Notes under the pieces: generated by a model
What the model saw: the letters and a program-made list of their open reading frames with translations, nothing else
Told to the model about the DNA's origin: nothing
Databases searched by the model: none
Shown: positions 54,117 through 62,908 of the stretch, piece after piece
How positions within the stretch are numbered: the first letter of the stretch is position 1
Layout: the number at the start of each line of letters is the position of its first letter
Translations under genes and position numbers: made by a program
NCBI GenBank assembly: GCA_964431735.1
Contig: CAYSLJ010000009.1
Location: 590-64,589, forward strand
DNA from: an uncultured Synergistia bacterium
GTDB lineage: Bacteria > Vulcanimicrobiota > SpSt-956 > JAKJGF01
DNA: 64,000 bases
Direction: 5' to 3'

Positions 54117-54790
54117 ACCAGTGTTCCCCTGAGCTGTCCGTTTTCAAGATAAAAAATACGATTGGCCACACTTGCAGATTTCGGGTCATGAGTGACCATG
54201 ATAAGAGTAACTTCCTGTGTTTCATTTATAGAACGTAAAACCTGCATTATTTCTCTACTGGTTTTTGCATCCAGATTACCTGTAGGTTCGTCTGCCAGCA
54301 AAAGTCCCGGTTTATTGGCAAGGGCTCTTGCAATAGCCACTCTCTGCTGCTGCCCGCCTGACAGATTTGACGGTTTATCATCTTTTTTCTCTTCCAGTCC
54401 TACTACACGTAAAAGGGCCAGTGCTCTTGCTTCTCTCTGTCCTTTAAATGTATCTCCAAGCTGCATGGGAAGAATAATATTTTCTATGACTGTAAGCGTG
54501 GGAAGCAAATTGTAATTTTGAAAAACAAAACCTATATTATAAAGTCTTATCTTCTCTCTTGTAGCTTCATCTGCCTCTGAAACATCTACATTATCAAGAT
54601 AAATACTGCCGAAAGTAGGATTATCTATACAGCCCAGTAAAAAAAGAAGTGACGATTTACCACAGCCGGAAGAGCCCATGATTGCGATAAAATCGCCCTT
54701 TTCAACGGTAAGACTCGCATTATCTATAACCTTGATAATGCCGGCAGAAGCTTCAAAATATTTTCTTAAATTCTGTACTCTTACATTCAT
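54113..54790 (-). CDS. ABC transporter ATP-binding protein (MacB/LolD/FtsE-like)
   Basis: GSSGCGKSS, LSGGQQQRVAIARAL, LLADEPTGNLD and VTHD. Confidence 0.9.
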   Translation of the reverse strand: MNVRVQNLRKYFEASAGIIKVIDNASLTVEKGDFIAIMGSSGCGKSSLLFLLGCIDNPTFGSIYLDNVDVSEADEATREKIRLYNIGFVFQNYNLLPTLTVIENIILPMQLGDTFKGQREARALALLRVVGLEEKKDDKPSNLSGGQQQRVAIARALANKPGLLLADEPTGNLDAKTSREIMQVLRSINETQEVTLIMVTHDPKSASVANRIFYLENGQLRGTLV

Positions 54791-54795
54791 TAATA

Positions 54796-54872
54796 ATCGT
54801 GACGCATGACGCGTGACGCGTGACGCGTGATACTATTATCACCGGTCACCGGTCACTGATCGCTGGTCACTG
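54796..54872 (+). repeat. CGTGACG array followed by GGTCACC/GGTCACT heptamers
   Basis: ATCGTGACGCATGACGCGTGACGCGTGACGCGTGAT (54796-54831). TATCACC GGTCACC GGTCACT GATCGCT GGTCACT (54837-54871). Confidence 0.85.
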
Positions 54873-54878
54873 TTAAAC

Positions 54879-56042
54879 TCACTCCCATCTCAAAGCCTTT
54901 ATAATATCCATTCTGGAAGCTATAAAAGCAGGTATTAAAGCACCTAAAAGACCCACTCCTATGGAAAGAGCCAGCGCTTCAAGGACTAATTTCACAGTAA
55001 CCTGTGACACAGGGAAAGACAGTCTCAACAGTGTAACAATGGCATCATTGAAAAGACCTGCTCCCAGATACCCCAGGATAATACCGAGAATTCCTCCTAT
55101 AGTGGAAAGAAAAAGAGATTCACATAAAACCATGCCGAAGATAAAAAATCTGGATGCTCCTATAGCCCTGAGTGTTCCGAACTCATCCATTCTTTCATAG
55201 GTGGACATAAGCATCGTATTCATAGAAGCAGTTATAGCAATTAATATTCCTATAGCTGAAATAGCATACTGAAGAAGCCTTACAAGATCGACAAAATGAT
55301 TGGCATCTCCAAGATACTCGGCTTTAGTCTTTACTGAAATACCTTTTATAGTTAAAATCTGCTTGATTATCTTTTCCATATCGGGATTTGCCAGATTATC
55401 TTCAAGTTGAATCCATATTTCCTGAACACCGTTGGCTTTTTGAGCCGCCAGTGCATCTTCGAGAGAAATAAAACAGGCATAATCCTCAAAACTTGACACG
55501 CCGTAGTTTTTTCCTACTACAGTAAACTCTGTCTCCGATATAGGAAATACACCGCCTTTATCAATATTCAGCACCTTTGATATCTGAGGACCTATTATAA
55601 GCTGGTGACTCGCCTGAATGGTTTCTCCGTCCTGAATTTCAAGCTTCGGAAAAAATACATTCATTTTTTCCGGGTTTATACCCCATACAACAACACCCAT
55701 TTTATCTTCCCCGACAGATGCCAGTAATCTTGTTATACCTGTTACCTCTTTTATTCCCTGTATGGACGTTATCTGTTCAATGGCTTCACATGGTATTGTA
55801 AGATAACCGCTGCCTATGGCTCCCATAGAACCGGCAGGTAAAAAAGATGTAGATTTAGGAATTACATAAAGACTTACCGATTGAAGATTTATTTCATAAT
55901 TCAATCTTTCATAAAGCCCTTCGGCAATGGAGACGAGTGATATTGTAGCGGCAACTGCAAGGAGCACTCCTATTATAGTCAGAGCACTTCTTTCTTTTTT
56001 CCTGGTAACATTCTTCTGAGCCAGGGATATAAAAACAAACAT
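54879..56042 (-). CDS. ABC transporter permease, FtsX/MacB-type
   Basis: N-terminal TM, periplasmic MacB_PCD-like domain and C-terminal FtsX 3-TM bundle ending ..IKALRWE. Confidence 0.85.
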   Translation of the reverse strand: MFVFISLAQKNVTRKKERSALTIIGVLLAVAATISLVSIAEGLYERLNYEINLQSVSLYVIPKSTSFLPAGSMGAIGSGYLTIPCEAIEQITSIQGIKEVTGITRLLASVGEDKMGVVVWGINPEKMNVFFPKLEIQDGETIQASHQLIIGPQISKVLNIDKGGVFPISETEFTVVGKNYGVSSFEDYACFISLEDALAAQKANGVQEIWIQLEDNLANPDMEKIIKQILTIKGISVKTKAEYLGDANHFVDLVRLLQYAISAIGILIAITASMNTMLMSTYERMDEFGTLRAIGASRFFIFGMVLCESLFLSTIGGILGIILGYLGAGLFNDAIVTLLRLSFPVSQVTVKLVLEALALSIGVGLLGALIPAFIASRMDIIKALRWE

Positions 56043-56200
56043 TTAATCATCTCTTTATAAGTGAGTGGTGAGTAGTGAGTAGAGAATTACTGCTCTTTAC
56101 TCTACAGATAAAATTCCTTTGTTACGACAGGAGAGTTCGCCGTGTCCTGTGGAAATCCTTCTGTGTAAAAAAGTTATTGACCCGGTTATCAGCCTTTTAT

Positions 56201-57064
56201 TTATGAAGAAAGACTGAAAGGATCACTTTCAAGTTCTTTAAGTATATAAGATTTGAAGTTCTTAAGTGTATCTATACATGCCTCCTGTTTCAGGGGACCA
56301 AATTTACTGATTTGAACCATCAAAGAAGTCATTTCCATGAGATTTTTAAATTCTTCCGATGTATCATGCTCTTCTATCACATCTTTCATATAACCGAGAA
56401 GTGTGTTTATATCATTTTTCTCATACGATTTTTCTATCATAGTTCTTTCTATAATATGAAGAAAAAGTTTATAAATCATATTACTCAATCTGTTTCCTGA
56501 AATTGCCATAGCTGCCTGTTTTGCCAGAATTGCCAGAATCTCTATATCTTCTTTAGAAAATCTGTCATTATCTTTATTTATTACCTCCAGGACCCCTATG
56601 ACTTTTTCCGATAATTCCATAGGAACTGCAAGGATTGAGCGTGTTTCATAATCTATCTCTTTACTTATAGCAGGGTCAAAAAGTTCGTCATCTTCCACAG
56701 AACTGACACATACAGGCTGTCCATGAAGAGCTACATAACCGGCAATTCCCTTACCGAGAGGAAACCTTTTGTCTTTAAGTTTTTCAGATTTCTCACCTTT
56801 TACTACTGCAAAATAAAGTTCTTCCCGTTCTTCATCTACAAGCAGTATTGAACCTGCATCGGTATTTGTAACCTTAAGAGCAACATCCATAATAGAATCT
56901 GCAAGATCCTTTTCCTCAAATTCCAACGCCAGTTTTGAAGTTACTGTCACGAGAGAAAGAATGTCTTTCAGGCTTCTCTTAACTCTCACATCTTCATCAA
57001 TTTTTTTTTCAGGAGGTCCGTAAGAAGGAAAAGAAGTCTCTCGATATAAATCTTTATCAGCCAT
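56201..57064 (-). CDS. GAF-domain protein
   Basis: DAGSILLVDEE..ELYFAVV..GKGIAGYVA..ILAVPM.. is a GAF pattern. Helical C-terminal domain. Confidence 0.7.
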   Translation of the reverse strand: MADKDLYRETSFPSYGPPEKKIDEDVRVKRSLKDILSLVTVTSKLALEFEEKDLADSIMDVALKVTNTDAGSILLVDEEREELYFAVVKGEKSEKLKDKRFPLGKGIAGYVALHGQPVCVSSVEDDELFDPAISKEIDYETRSILAVPMELSEKVIGVLEVINKDNDRFSKEDIEILAILAKQAAMAISGNRLSNMIYKLFLHIIERTMIEKSYEKNDINTLLGYMKDVIEEHDTSEEFKNLMEMTSLMVQISKFGPLKQEACIDTLKNFKSYILKELESDPFSLSS

Positions 57065-57191
57065 AATTTTACCTTTCAGAAATATATTAGCTGTCAGCTT
57101 TTTATTACCAGGACACTAACAATTATATCATTATAGTCAAGAAAAAGAAAGTAATACAAGGATTCTTTTGCTGTTTATGGAATAAATAGAT

Positions 57192-57965
57192 ATGAATGAA
57201 TCTGTTGAGTCAGAGAAAAATCTTTATTCTATAATAACACCTGAAATAGCCTGGGGCGAAAGCAAAGGTAAAGGTGTTAAAATAGCCATAGTTGACAGCG
57301 GTATAGACTCATATCACCCTGACCTGAAAGATTCTGTTACAGGCGGTGTGGAAATATCCATTGACAGGGAAAAAAATATACATATTATCACTCCTGATAT
57401 AATAACAGACTCTTTCGGTCATGGCACAGCCTGTGCCGGTATAATAAAGAGGCTGGCGCCGGAAGCGGAACTTTACAGCATAAAGGTCACTGCATCGGGA
57501 AGAGGAAAAGGGGAAGTATTTCTTGCAGGGTTGAAATGGGCCATAGATAATAATATGCATGTAATAAATCTGAGTCTCGGCACAACAAGCAGTATTTATA
57601 CGGGACGATTTTTTAAACTCCTTGAAGATGCCTACTATAAAGGCAATATAATAGTGACAGCAGCAAACAACCTTCCCTCTCCCAGTCTCCCTTCCGTATT
57701 TTCTTCCGTCATAGCAGTTTCTTATGATGATTTTAAAGATGATTTCTCTTTTGTATACCACCCCAATAATAAGATAGAATTCGATGCTCCCGGCATATAT
57801 GTAAAAACCACCTGGCCGGGAGGAGGATACAGGAAAATGACAGGCACAAGTTTTGCCGCTCCTCATATATCGGGGTTGACTGCATTGATTTTATCAAAAT
57901 ATCCCGGCCTTATGGCCTTTCAGGTAAAGGCTATATTGAGTTTTATGGGGAAAAAGAAGGCTTAA
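57192..57965 (+). CDS. short subtilisin-like serine protease (S8), no signal peptide
   Basis: Catalytic triad blocks VDSGID, HGTACAG and GTSFAAPHISG. 257 aa. Confidence 0.85.
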   Translation: MNESVESEKNLYSIITPEIAWGESKGKGVKIAIVDSGIDSYHPDLKDSVTGGVEISIDREKNIHIITPDIITDSFGHGTACAGIIKRLAPEAELYSIKVTASGRGKGEVFLAGLKWAIDNNMHVINLSLGTTSSIYTGRFFKLLEDAYYKGNIIVTAANNLPSPSLPSVFSSVIAVSYDDFKDDFSFVYHPNNKIEFDAPGIYVKTTWPGGGYRKMTGTSFAAPHISGLTALILSKYPGLMAFQVKAILSFMGKKKA

Positions 57966-58117
57966 GAGTCAATTTTTAATTATAAACTTTTTGCAGGAAA
58001 AGATCAAATCCTCCAGGCACTGTAGAAACTCCATATGTTCTGTGATATAATAAATATATAGATCTTTCTCATAGAAAGGATTGCCGGGATTATTTATAGA
58101 ACAGGAGATAGATAATA

Positions 58118-59017
58118 ATGAAATCCGACGATATAAAGATTGCCCATGCCAATTATGATATAGTGTTCAAATCTCTCACAGGGTTATTTAAAGACCAGAC
58201 TCTGGAATTCTACGGTCTTAAAACTGCTCCTATCGTAAGGGCAGAACCGGCAGAACTCCCTCAAATACAGATAGACGAAAGACGTATGGATTTTGTCTTT
58301 TATCTGTCAGATGATTCATTTATGCACATTGAGTTTCAAACAACAGTAAAAGAGGATGACCTGTTGAGATTTAAACTATATGATACACTTCTTTATGAAC
58401 AGAAAAGAAAACCTGTTAGAACTGCCGTTATTTATGGAGCAGGTATAAACAGCGCTCCCGTATTTCTTGATCACGGCTCTATAAAATATATTGTAGAACC
58501 TGTCTTTATGGGGAATTATGACGGCGATAAAACATATAATGAACTGGTGGAAAAAATTAATTCACGAATTACATTGACCATACAGGATAAATTAAATCTC
58601 ATATTTCTTCCTCTTATGAGAAATTCTGTAGATAAATCTCAAAGGGCTATAGAAGCTATAGAATTAGCTCAGAAAGTGGAAGATAAAAATGAACAACTCT
58701 TTTTAATAGGATGTCTGGTTGGTATATCAGACAAATTTATTGATGAAGAATATGTAAGGAAAATGCTGGAGGTGTTACGTATGACAAGGGTTATGCAGGC
58801 ATTATATAAAGAATTTAAAGAAGAAGGAATAAAAGAAGGAATAGAAAAAGGAATAGAAAAAGGAATAGAAAAAGGAATAGAAAAAGGAATAGAAAAAAAT
58901 AGATTGGAAATGGCACATAAGATGCTGGAAGATAACATTGACATCAATCTGATCGTAAAATATACAGGCCTTATGATTGAGGAAATTAAAGAATTATTGA
59001 AAGATGACAGGGATTAA
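58118..59017 (+). CDS. Rpn/YhgA-like recombination-promoting nuclease (PD-(D/E)XK transposase-like, TIGR01784-type)
   Basis: N-terminal YDIVFKSL.. and MDFVF..HIEFQ nuclease-core pattern. The C-terminal GIEK x5 tetrapeptide repeat tail is typical of this family. Confidence 0.75.
   Translation: MKSDDIKIAHANYDIVFKSLTGLFKDQTLEFYGLKTAPIVRAEPAELPQIQIDERRMDFVFYLSDDSFMHIEFQTTVKEDDLLRFKLYDTLLYEQKRKPVRTAVIYGAGINSAPVFLDHGSIKYIVEPVFMGNYDGDKTYNELVEKINSRITLTIQDKLNLIFLPLMRNSVDKSQRAIEAIELAQKVEDKNEQLFLIGCLVGISDKFIDEEYVRKMLEVLRMTRVMQALYKEFKEEGIKEGIEKGIEKGIEKGIEKGIEKNRLEMAHKMLEDNIDINLIVKYTGLMIEEIKELLKDDRD
58825..58896 (+). repeat. 12-nt coding tandem repeat (GGAATAGAAAAA x5 plus one degenerate unit)
   Basis: Encodes GIKE-(GIEK)5. 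Copy 2 has only a degenerate, unexpanded version. Confidence 0.9.
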
Positions 59018-59114
59018 TGGGATGGAAAGGATTACCGGGATTTTTTTGTCTGCATCACAGATGACACGGATTATTGGATTACACGGATTTATTTTTCCCG
59101 GAATTAAATTATGT

Positions 59115-59222
59115 TGTCAGAACTCGGATATATCGGATTAACGGATGAGTCGGATACTTCTCCCTTACTCTATCTTATCAATCCGATATATCCGATAAAT
59201 CCGACGCATCCGAGTTCTGACA
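59115..59222. repeat. 108-bp palindrome with four phased CGGAT motifs per arm
   Basis: TGTCAGAACTCGGAT (59115-59129) is the reverse complement of ATCCGAGTTCTGACA (59208-59222). CGGAT at 59125, 59134, 59142 and 59151; ATCCG at 59181, 59190, 59199 and 59208. Confidence 0.85.
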
Positions 59223-59462
59223 ATGGAAGCTACTGCCGGATGGAGAAATAGATATCCTATCCATTTCTATTATCCATCCAAACAGCAGACGAGATTTTTT
59301 TCTATATGTTCAATGTTTAAATAATTTATATCCCCTTAATATATAAGAGTCAAAATTTTGCATTTTTCCAAAAAAATTTTAATTTTTTTATTTTTTATCA
59401 GATCTATTCAGGAAATAAAACTCTGATAACTGTCCTGAAGCAAAGGACAGAAAGAGTCTTCT

Positions 59463-60517
59463 CACTGTAGAAACTCCATATATTCTGTGATATAATAAAT
59501 ATATAGATCTTTCTCATAGAAAGGATTGCCGGGATTATTTATAGAACAGGAGATAGATAATAATGAAATCCGATGATATAAAGATTGCCCATGCCAATTA
59601 TGATATAGTATTTAAATCTCTCACAGGCCTGTTTAAAGACCAGACTCTGGAATTCTAGGGTCTTAAAACTGCTCCTATTGTACGGGCAGAACCGGCAGAA
59701 CTGCCTCAGATACAGATAGATGAAAGACGTATGGATTTTGTATTTTACCTTTCTGATGATTCATTTATGCACCTTGAATTCCAGACAACAGTGAAAGAAG
59801 ATGACCTCTTAAGATTCAAGCTCTATGATACACTTCTTTACGAACAGAAAAGAAAACCTGTCAGGACTGCCGTTATTTATGGAGCAGGTATAAACAGTGC
59901 TCCCATATTCCTGGATCATGGTTCTATAAAATATATTGTAGAACCGGTTTTTATGGGTAATTATGACGGTGATAAAACATATAATGAACTGGTGGAAAAA
60001 ATTAATGCAGGACTTACATTAACCATACAGGATAAATTAAATCTCATATTTCTTCCTCTTATGAGAAATTCTGTAGAGAAATCTCAAAGAGCTATAGAGG
60101 CTATAGAATTGGCACAAAAAGTGGAAGATAAAAACGAACAGATATTTTTAATAGGCTGTCTTGTAGGCATATCAGATAAATTCATTGATGAAGAATATGT
60201 AAAAAAAATGCTGGAGGTGTTACGTATGACAAGAGTTATGCAGGCTTTATATAAAGAATTTAAACAGGAAGGAATAGAAGAAGGCAAAAAAGAAGGCATG
60301 GAAAAAGGTATGGAAAAAGGGAAAATGGAAACGGCACAAAAGATGCTGGAAGATAAGGTTGATATAAATTTAATCGTAAAATATACAGGACTTATGATAG
60401 AAGAAATTAAAGAATTGATAAAAAACGACAGGGATTAACGGGATGGATCACGGATTAAAAGGATTACACGGATGACACGGATTATTGGTTACACTGATTT
60501 ATTTTTCCCGGAATTAA
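59463..60517 (+). repeat. Rpn cassette copy 2 (direct repeat unit)
   Basis: See copy 1. Same upstream leader and same downstream CGGAT-rich tail. Confidence 0.85.
59563..60438 (+). pseudogene. second Rpn/YhgA-like copy inactivated by a premature stop
   Basis: Nearly identical to 58118-59017, but codon 32 is TAG (59656-59658) where copy 1 has TAC. The track ORF restarts at internal Met 59731. Confidence 0.8.
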
Positions 60518-60726
60518 TCTCAATCCATAAATTTTCTTCAATCCCACAGGATAAACTTATCCCCCAATCCATATGGCAGAATCCTTTTCCATCTTTCGAG
60601 CCTGTTTAAGCCTACCAGACGAAAAAGGGGATATATATTTGTCCGGCAGAGCCGGAGCAGGATTACAGCCTGGACAGGTTGTTGATCTGGAATAGAGTCC
60701 TTAAACCATATTCTTCTGACATATAA

Positions 60727-60852
60727 TTAACCTGTGCTGACAGGACGGAAACCCAGGTTGTTGTTGCGGTTATCAGGCGTGTTGTTGTTGCGGTTCGCCG
60801 ACCGGCAGTTATCGGGATTATTGTTCCAGCTGCCGCCGCGTTTGACACGGTT
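60727..60852 (-). repeat. DGR template repeat (TR)
   Basis: 126 bp collinear with 62916-63041 (offset 2189). On the minus strand it is rich in AAC codons (..[32 protein letters not shown]..). Confidence 0.93.
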
Positions 60853-60875
60853 AGCGCCTGTAACGACTGTACCCC

Positions 60876-61895
60876 TTAAAGTATGCAAATATTAAGTCTG
60901 TCACTGAAAAAATTTCTCCTGCCATGTAATGTGCTTGAGTGAATAAGATAACCTGTTCTGCTTGAAATTGAACGGGAAAGGAATAATTCATCAATATTGC
61001 CTTTCATATATTCTTTTTCCATAGCTCTAATTTTTCTCTTAAATTTAGCCCATTTTTTACCTTCCAATCTTATCAGGGAAGGAAAAATAGAAAATCCGAG
61101 GAAAGGAATTCCCTGGCTTACAGGTGCTAAAATCAAACTTTCTTCTTTCAGGGAAAGAGAGAGAGTTTTCGAAAGAAAATCTCTAATAAGATAGATTTGT
61201 TCTTTTATTAATGTTTTTTCCTCTCCAAAGATAATAAAATCGTCCATATATCTTATATAACCTTTAATAGAAAGTTTATTTTTAACAAAATGATCCAGCT
61301 GACCGAGATAATAATTGGCAAAATATTGACTTGTAAGATTTCCAATAGGAAGCCCCTTACCCGGCTTATTTCCCTCAACAGGGTGCTCGATAATTAAATC
61401 CAGAAGGGTTAAGAGTTTTTTATCTTTAAATTTCTTTCTGAGAAGATTTTTTAATATTCTGTGATCAATACTTTCAAAGAATTTTCTTATATCTCCTTTA
61501 AAAAAATAATTATTATGCCTGGTAAAATATTGGGTTTTCTTTATCGCTCTGTGGGTTCCTTTATCTTTACGGCAGGCATAGGTGTCATAGATAAAACTTT
61601 TCTCAAAAAATGGTTCTATTATATTGCATATGGCATGGTGTACCACACGATCCCGAAAGTGAGCGGCACAGATTTTTCTTTTTTTCGGTTCAAAAACATA
61701 GAAAATATGGTAAGGCATAAGATTATAAGTGCCTGAAATAAGTTCTTCCTGTAACTCAAAGAGTTCTGTTTCCAGATGAAAATAGAAATCAGCCACAGTA
61801 TGTTTATGTTTTTTTCCAAGACCTGCCTTACGGGAGGCAAGTAAAAGATTTCCAAAAGAAACTATTTGTTCAAATAAATATCCATAACGTTTCAC
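60876..61895 (-). CDS. DGR reverse transcriptase
   Basis: [13 protein letters not shown] (61326-61346) is the DGR RT signature. YMDD at 61239-61250. 339 aa and compact. Confidence 0.92.
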   Translation of the reverse strand: MKRYGYLFEQIVSFGNLLLASRKAGLGKKHKHTVADFYFHLETELFELQEELISGTYNLMPYHIFYVFEPKKRKICAAHFRDRVVHHAICNIIEPFFEKSFIYDTYACRKDKGTHRAIKKTQYFTRHNNYFFKGDIRKFFESIDHRILKNLLRKKFKDKKLLTLLDLIIEHPVEGNKPGKGLPIGNLTSQYFANYYLGQLDHFVKNKLSIKGYIRYMDDFIIFGEEKTLIKEQIYLIRDFLSKTLSLSLKEESLILAPVSQGIPFLGFSIFPSLIRLEGKKWAKFKRKIRAMEKEYMKGNIDELFLSRSISSRTGYLIHSSTLHGRRNFFSDRLNICIL

Positions 61896-62242
61896 AGCGC
61901 AACTTCCTTCTGTTTAATCCATCCTCCAAGCATTTTTCCAACTTCATTAATAGATTTCCCTGCATATTCATAGGCATTGAGATTAATAAATTTCTGATTA
62001 TAGGACATACGGAGAAGAACTCTGAGTTTTTCAAGTCTCAAATTGGCTTTTTTCAAAATCTCCATTTTATTTTTTGAATATCTCGCTTCTATTAAATCTT
62101 CCACAATATCAAGGGCTAAATTCTCTATGCGATTTACAAAGATAAAACGAACCTTTCTGGGAAATTTTTCAGTTTTTAAGAACAGCCACTCTATAAACTC
62201 CACCCATTTTATAAATATGGGAAGGTCTTTATTACTATCCAT
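61892..62242 (-). CDS. avd: DGR accessory variability determinant (four-helix-bundle Avd)
   Basis: 116 aa and helical. The pattern ..FPRKVRFIFVNRIENLALDIVEDLIEA.. is as in Avd / 23S rRNA-IVS proteins. 4-nt overlap with the RT start. Confidence 0.8.
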   Translation of the reverse strand: MDSNKDLPIFIKWVEFIEWLFLKTEKFPRKVRFIFVNRIENLALDIVEDLIEARYSKNKMEILKKANLRLEKLRVLLRMSYNQKFINLNAYEYAGKSINEVGKMLGGWIKQKEVAL

Positions 62243-62735
62243 CGATTTTCCCCTCTACTCTCTCTTTATTATCAGCTAAAATATTCAACAGGTCTTTACC
62301 GTATTTTTCCACCCTTGCCCTGCCGAAACCTTCTATATTGGAAAGGGCGTTCAGACTCTGAGGTCTGAATTTAATCATTGTGGCAAGCTGTTTGTTTGTA
62401 CAGATAATATAGTGAGAAATTCCGTCAGATTTGGCCCTTTCAGCCCGCCAGCTGCGCAGGGAATTAAATAAGGGCATATCTTCATCAGAAAGTATTTCTC
62501 TCCAGGCTTCTTCTTTCTGCTTCCTGGTTTCTACCGGAGAGTCAAGTGATTTCATACGGTAGATTATTATTATAACAAGATATGGTATTTCATCTTTAAT
62601 AAAAAAATGATCCTTTAAAGATAAAATCTCTTTATCTTTGATAAAATCCCTGACAGGCATATCATCAAAGGAATCTATGGCTGAATTAAATTTTAATGTA
62701 ATAATTTTGCTTAACATATTAAATCTCCTTCCCAA
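62235..62735 (-). CDS. HRDC-domain protein (DGR accessory)
   Basis: C-terminal LFNSLRSWRAERAKSDGISHYIICTNKQLATMIKFRPQSLNALSNIEGFGRARVEKYGKDLL is an HRDC pattern. 8-nt overlap with avd. Confidence 0.8.
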   Translation of the reverse strand: MGRRFNMLSKIITLKFNSAIDSFDDMPVRDFIKDKEILSLKDHFFIKDEIPYLVIIIIYRMKSLDSPVETRKQKEEAWREILSDEDMPLFNSLRSWRAERAKSDGISHYIICTNKQLATMIKFRPQSLNALSNIEGFGRARVEKYGKDLLNILADNKERVEGKIDG

Positions 62736-62740
62736 AAATC

Positions 62741-62829
62741 CCCCGCCCGGACATTCAGACCTCCATTACGGGGGAGCGGCTTAACGCCGCTGTTCCCCCT
62801 TCATTACGGTCTGAATGTCTCCCCCCGGG
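62741..62829. other. GC-rich nested stem-loop between VR and the HRDC gene
   Basis: GGACATTCAGACC (62749-62761) pairs with GGTCTGAATGTC (62808-62819). Inner GGGGGAGCGGC-TTAA-CGCCGCTGTTCCCCC. Confidence 0.6.
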
Positions 62830-62847
62830 ACAATTTGATTACAATTT

Positions 62848-62890
62848 CTCTTTTACCCTTTTTGAAAAAATTCGCAAAAGGGTAAAAGAG
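62848..62890. other. perfect 15-bp inverted repeat 26 nt downstream of the VR end
   Basis: CTCTTTTACCCTTTT (62848-62862) pairs with AAAAGGGTAAAAGAG (62876-62890), with a 13-nt loop. Confidence 0.7.
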
Positions 62891-62908
62891 TAAAAAAATC
62901 AAGAGTAA

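Larger units (their letters stand above)
58018..59108 (+). repeat. Rpn cassette copy 1 (direct repeat unit)
   Basis: Homology with 59463-60517 begins at CACTGTAGAAACTCCATAT and ends at ..TTATTTTTCCCGGAATTAA. Confidence 0.85.

Noticed and set aside
60663-60848. 61-aa minus-strand ORF (..[19 protein letters not shown]..)
   Set aside because: It lies in an alternative frame across the DGR template repeat. The TR is a non-coding template whose AAC-rich frame mimics the target C-terminus, so this ORF is an artefact.
60876-61895. RT could have been a group II intron maturase or a retron RT
   Set aside because: There is no X/maturase or endonuclease domain, no flanking intron RNA domains and no msr/msd-like inverted repeats. 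The IGNLTSQ motif, the Avd neighbour and the adenine-specific TR/VR pair assign it to DGRs.
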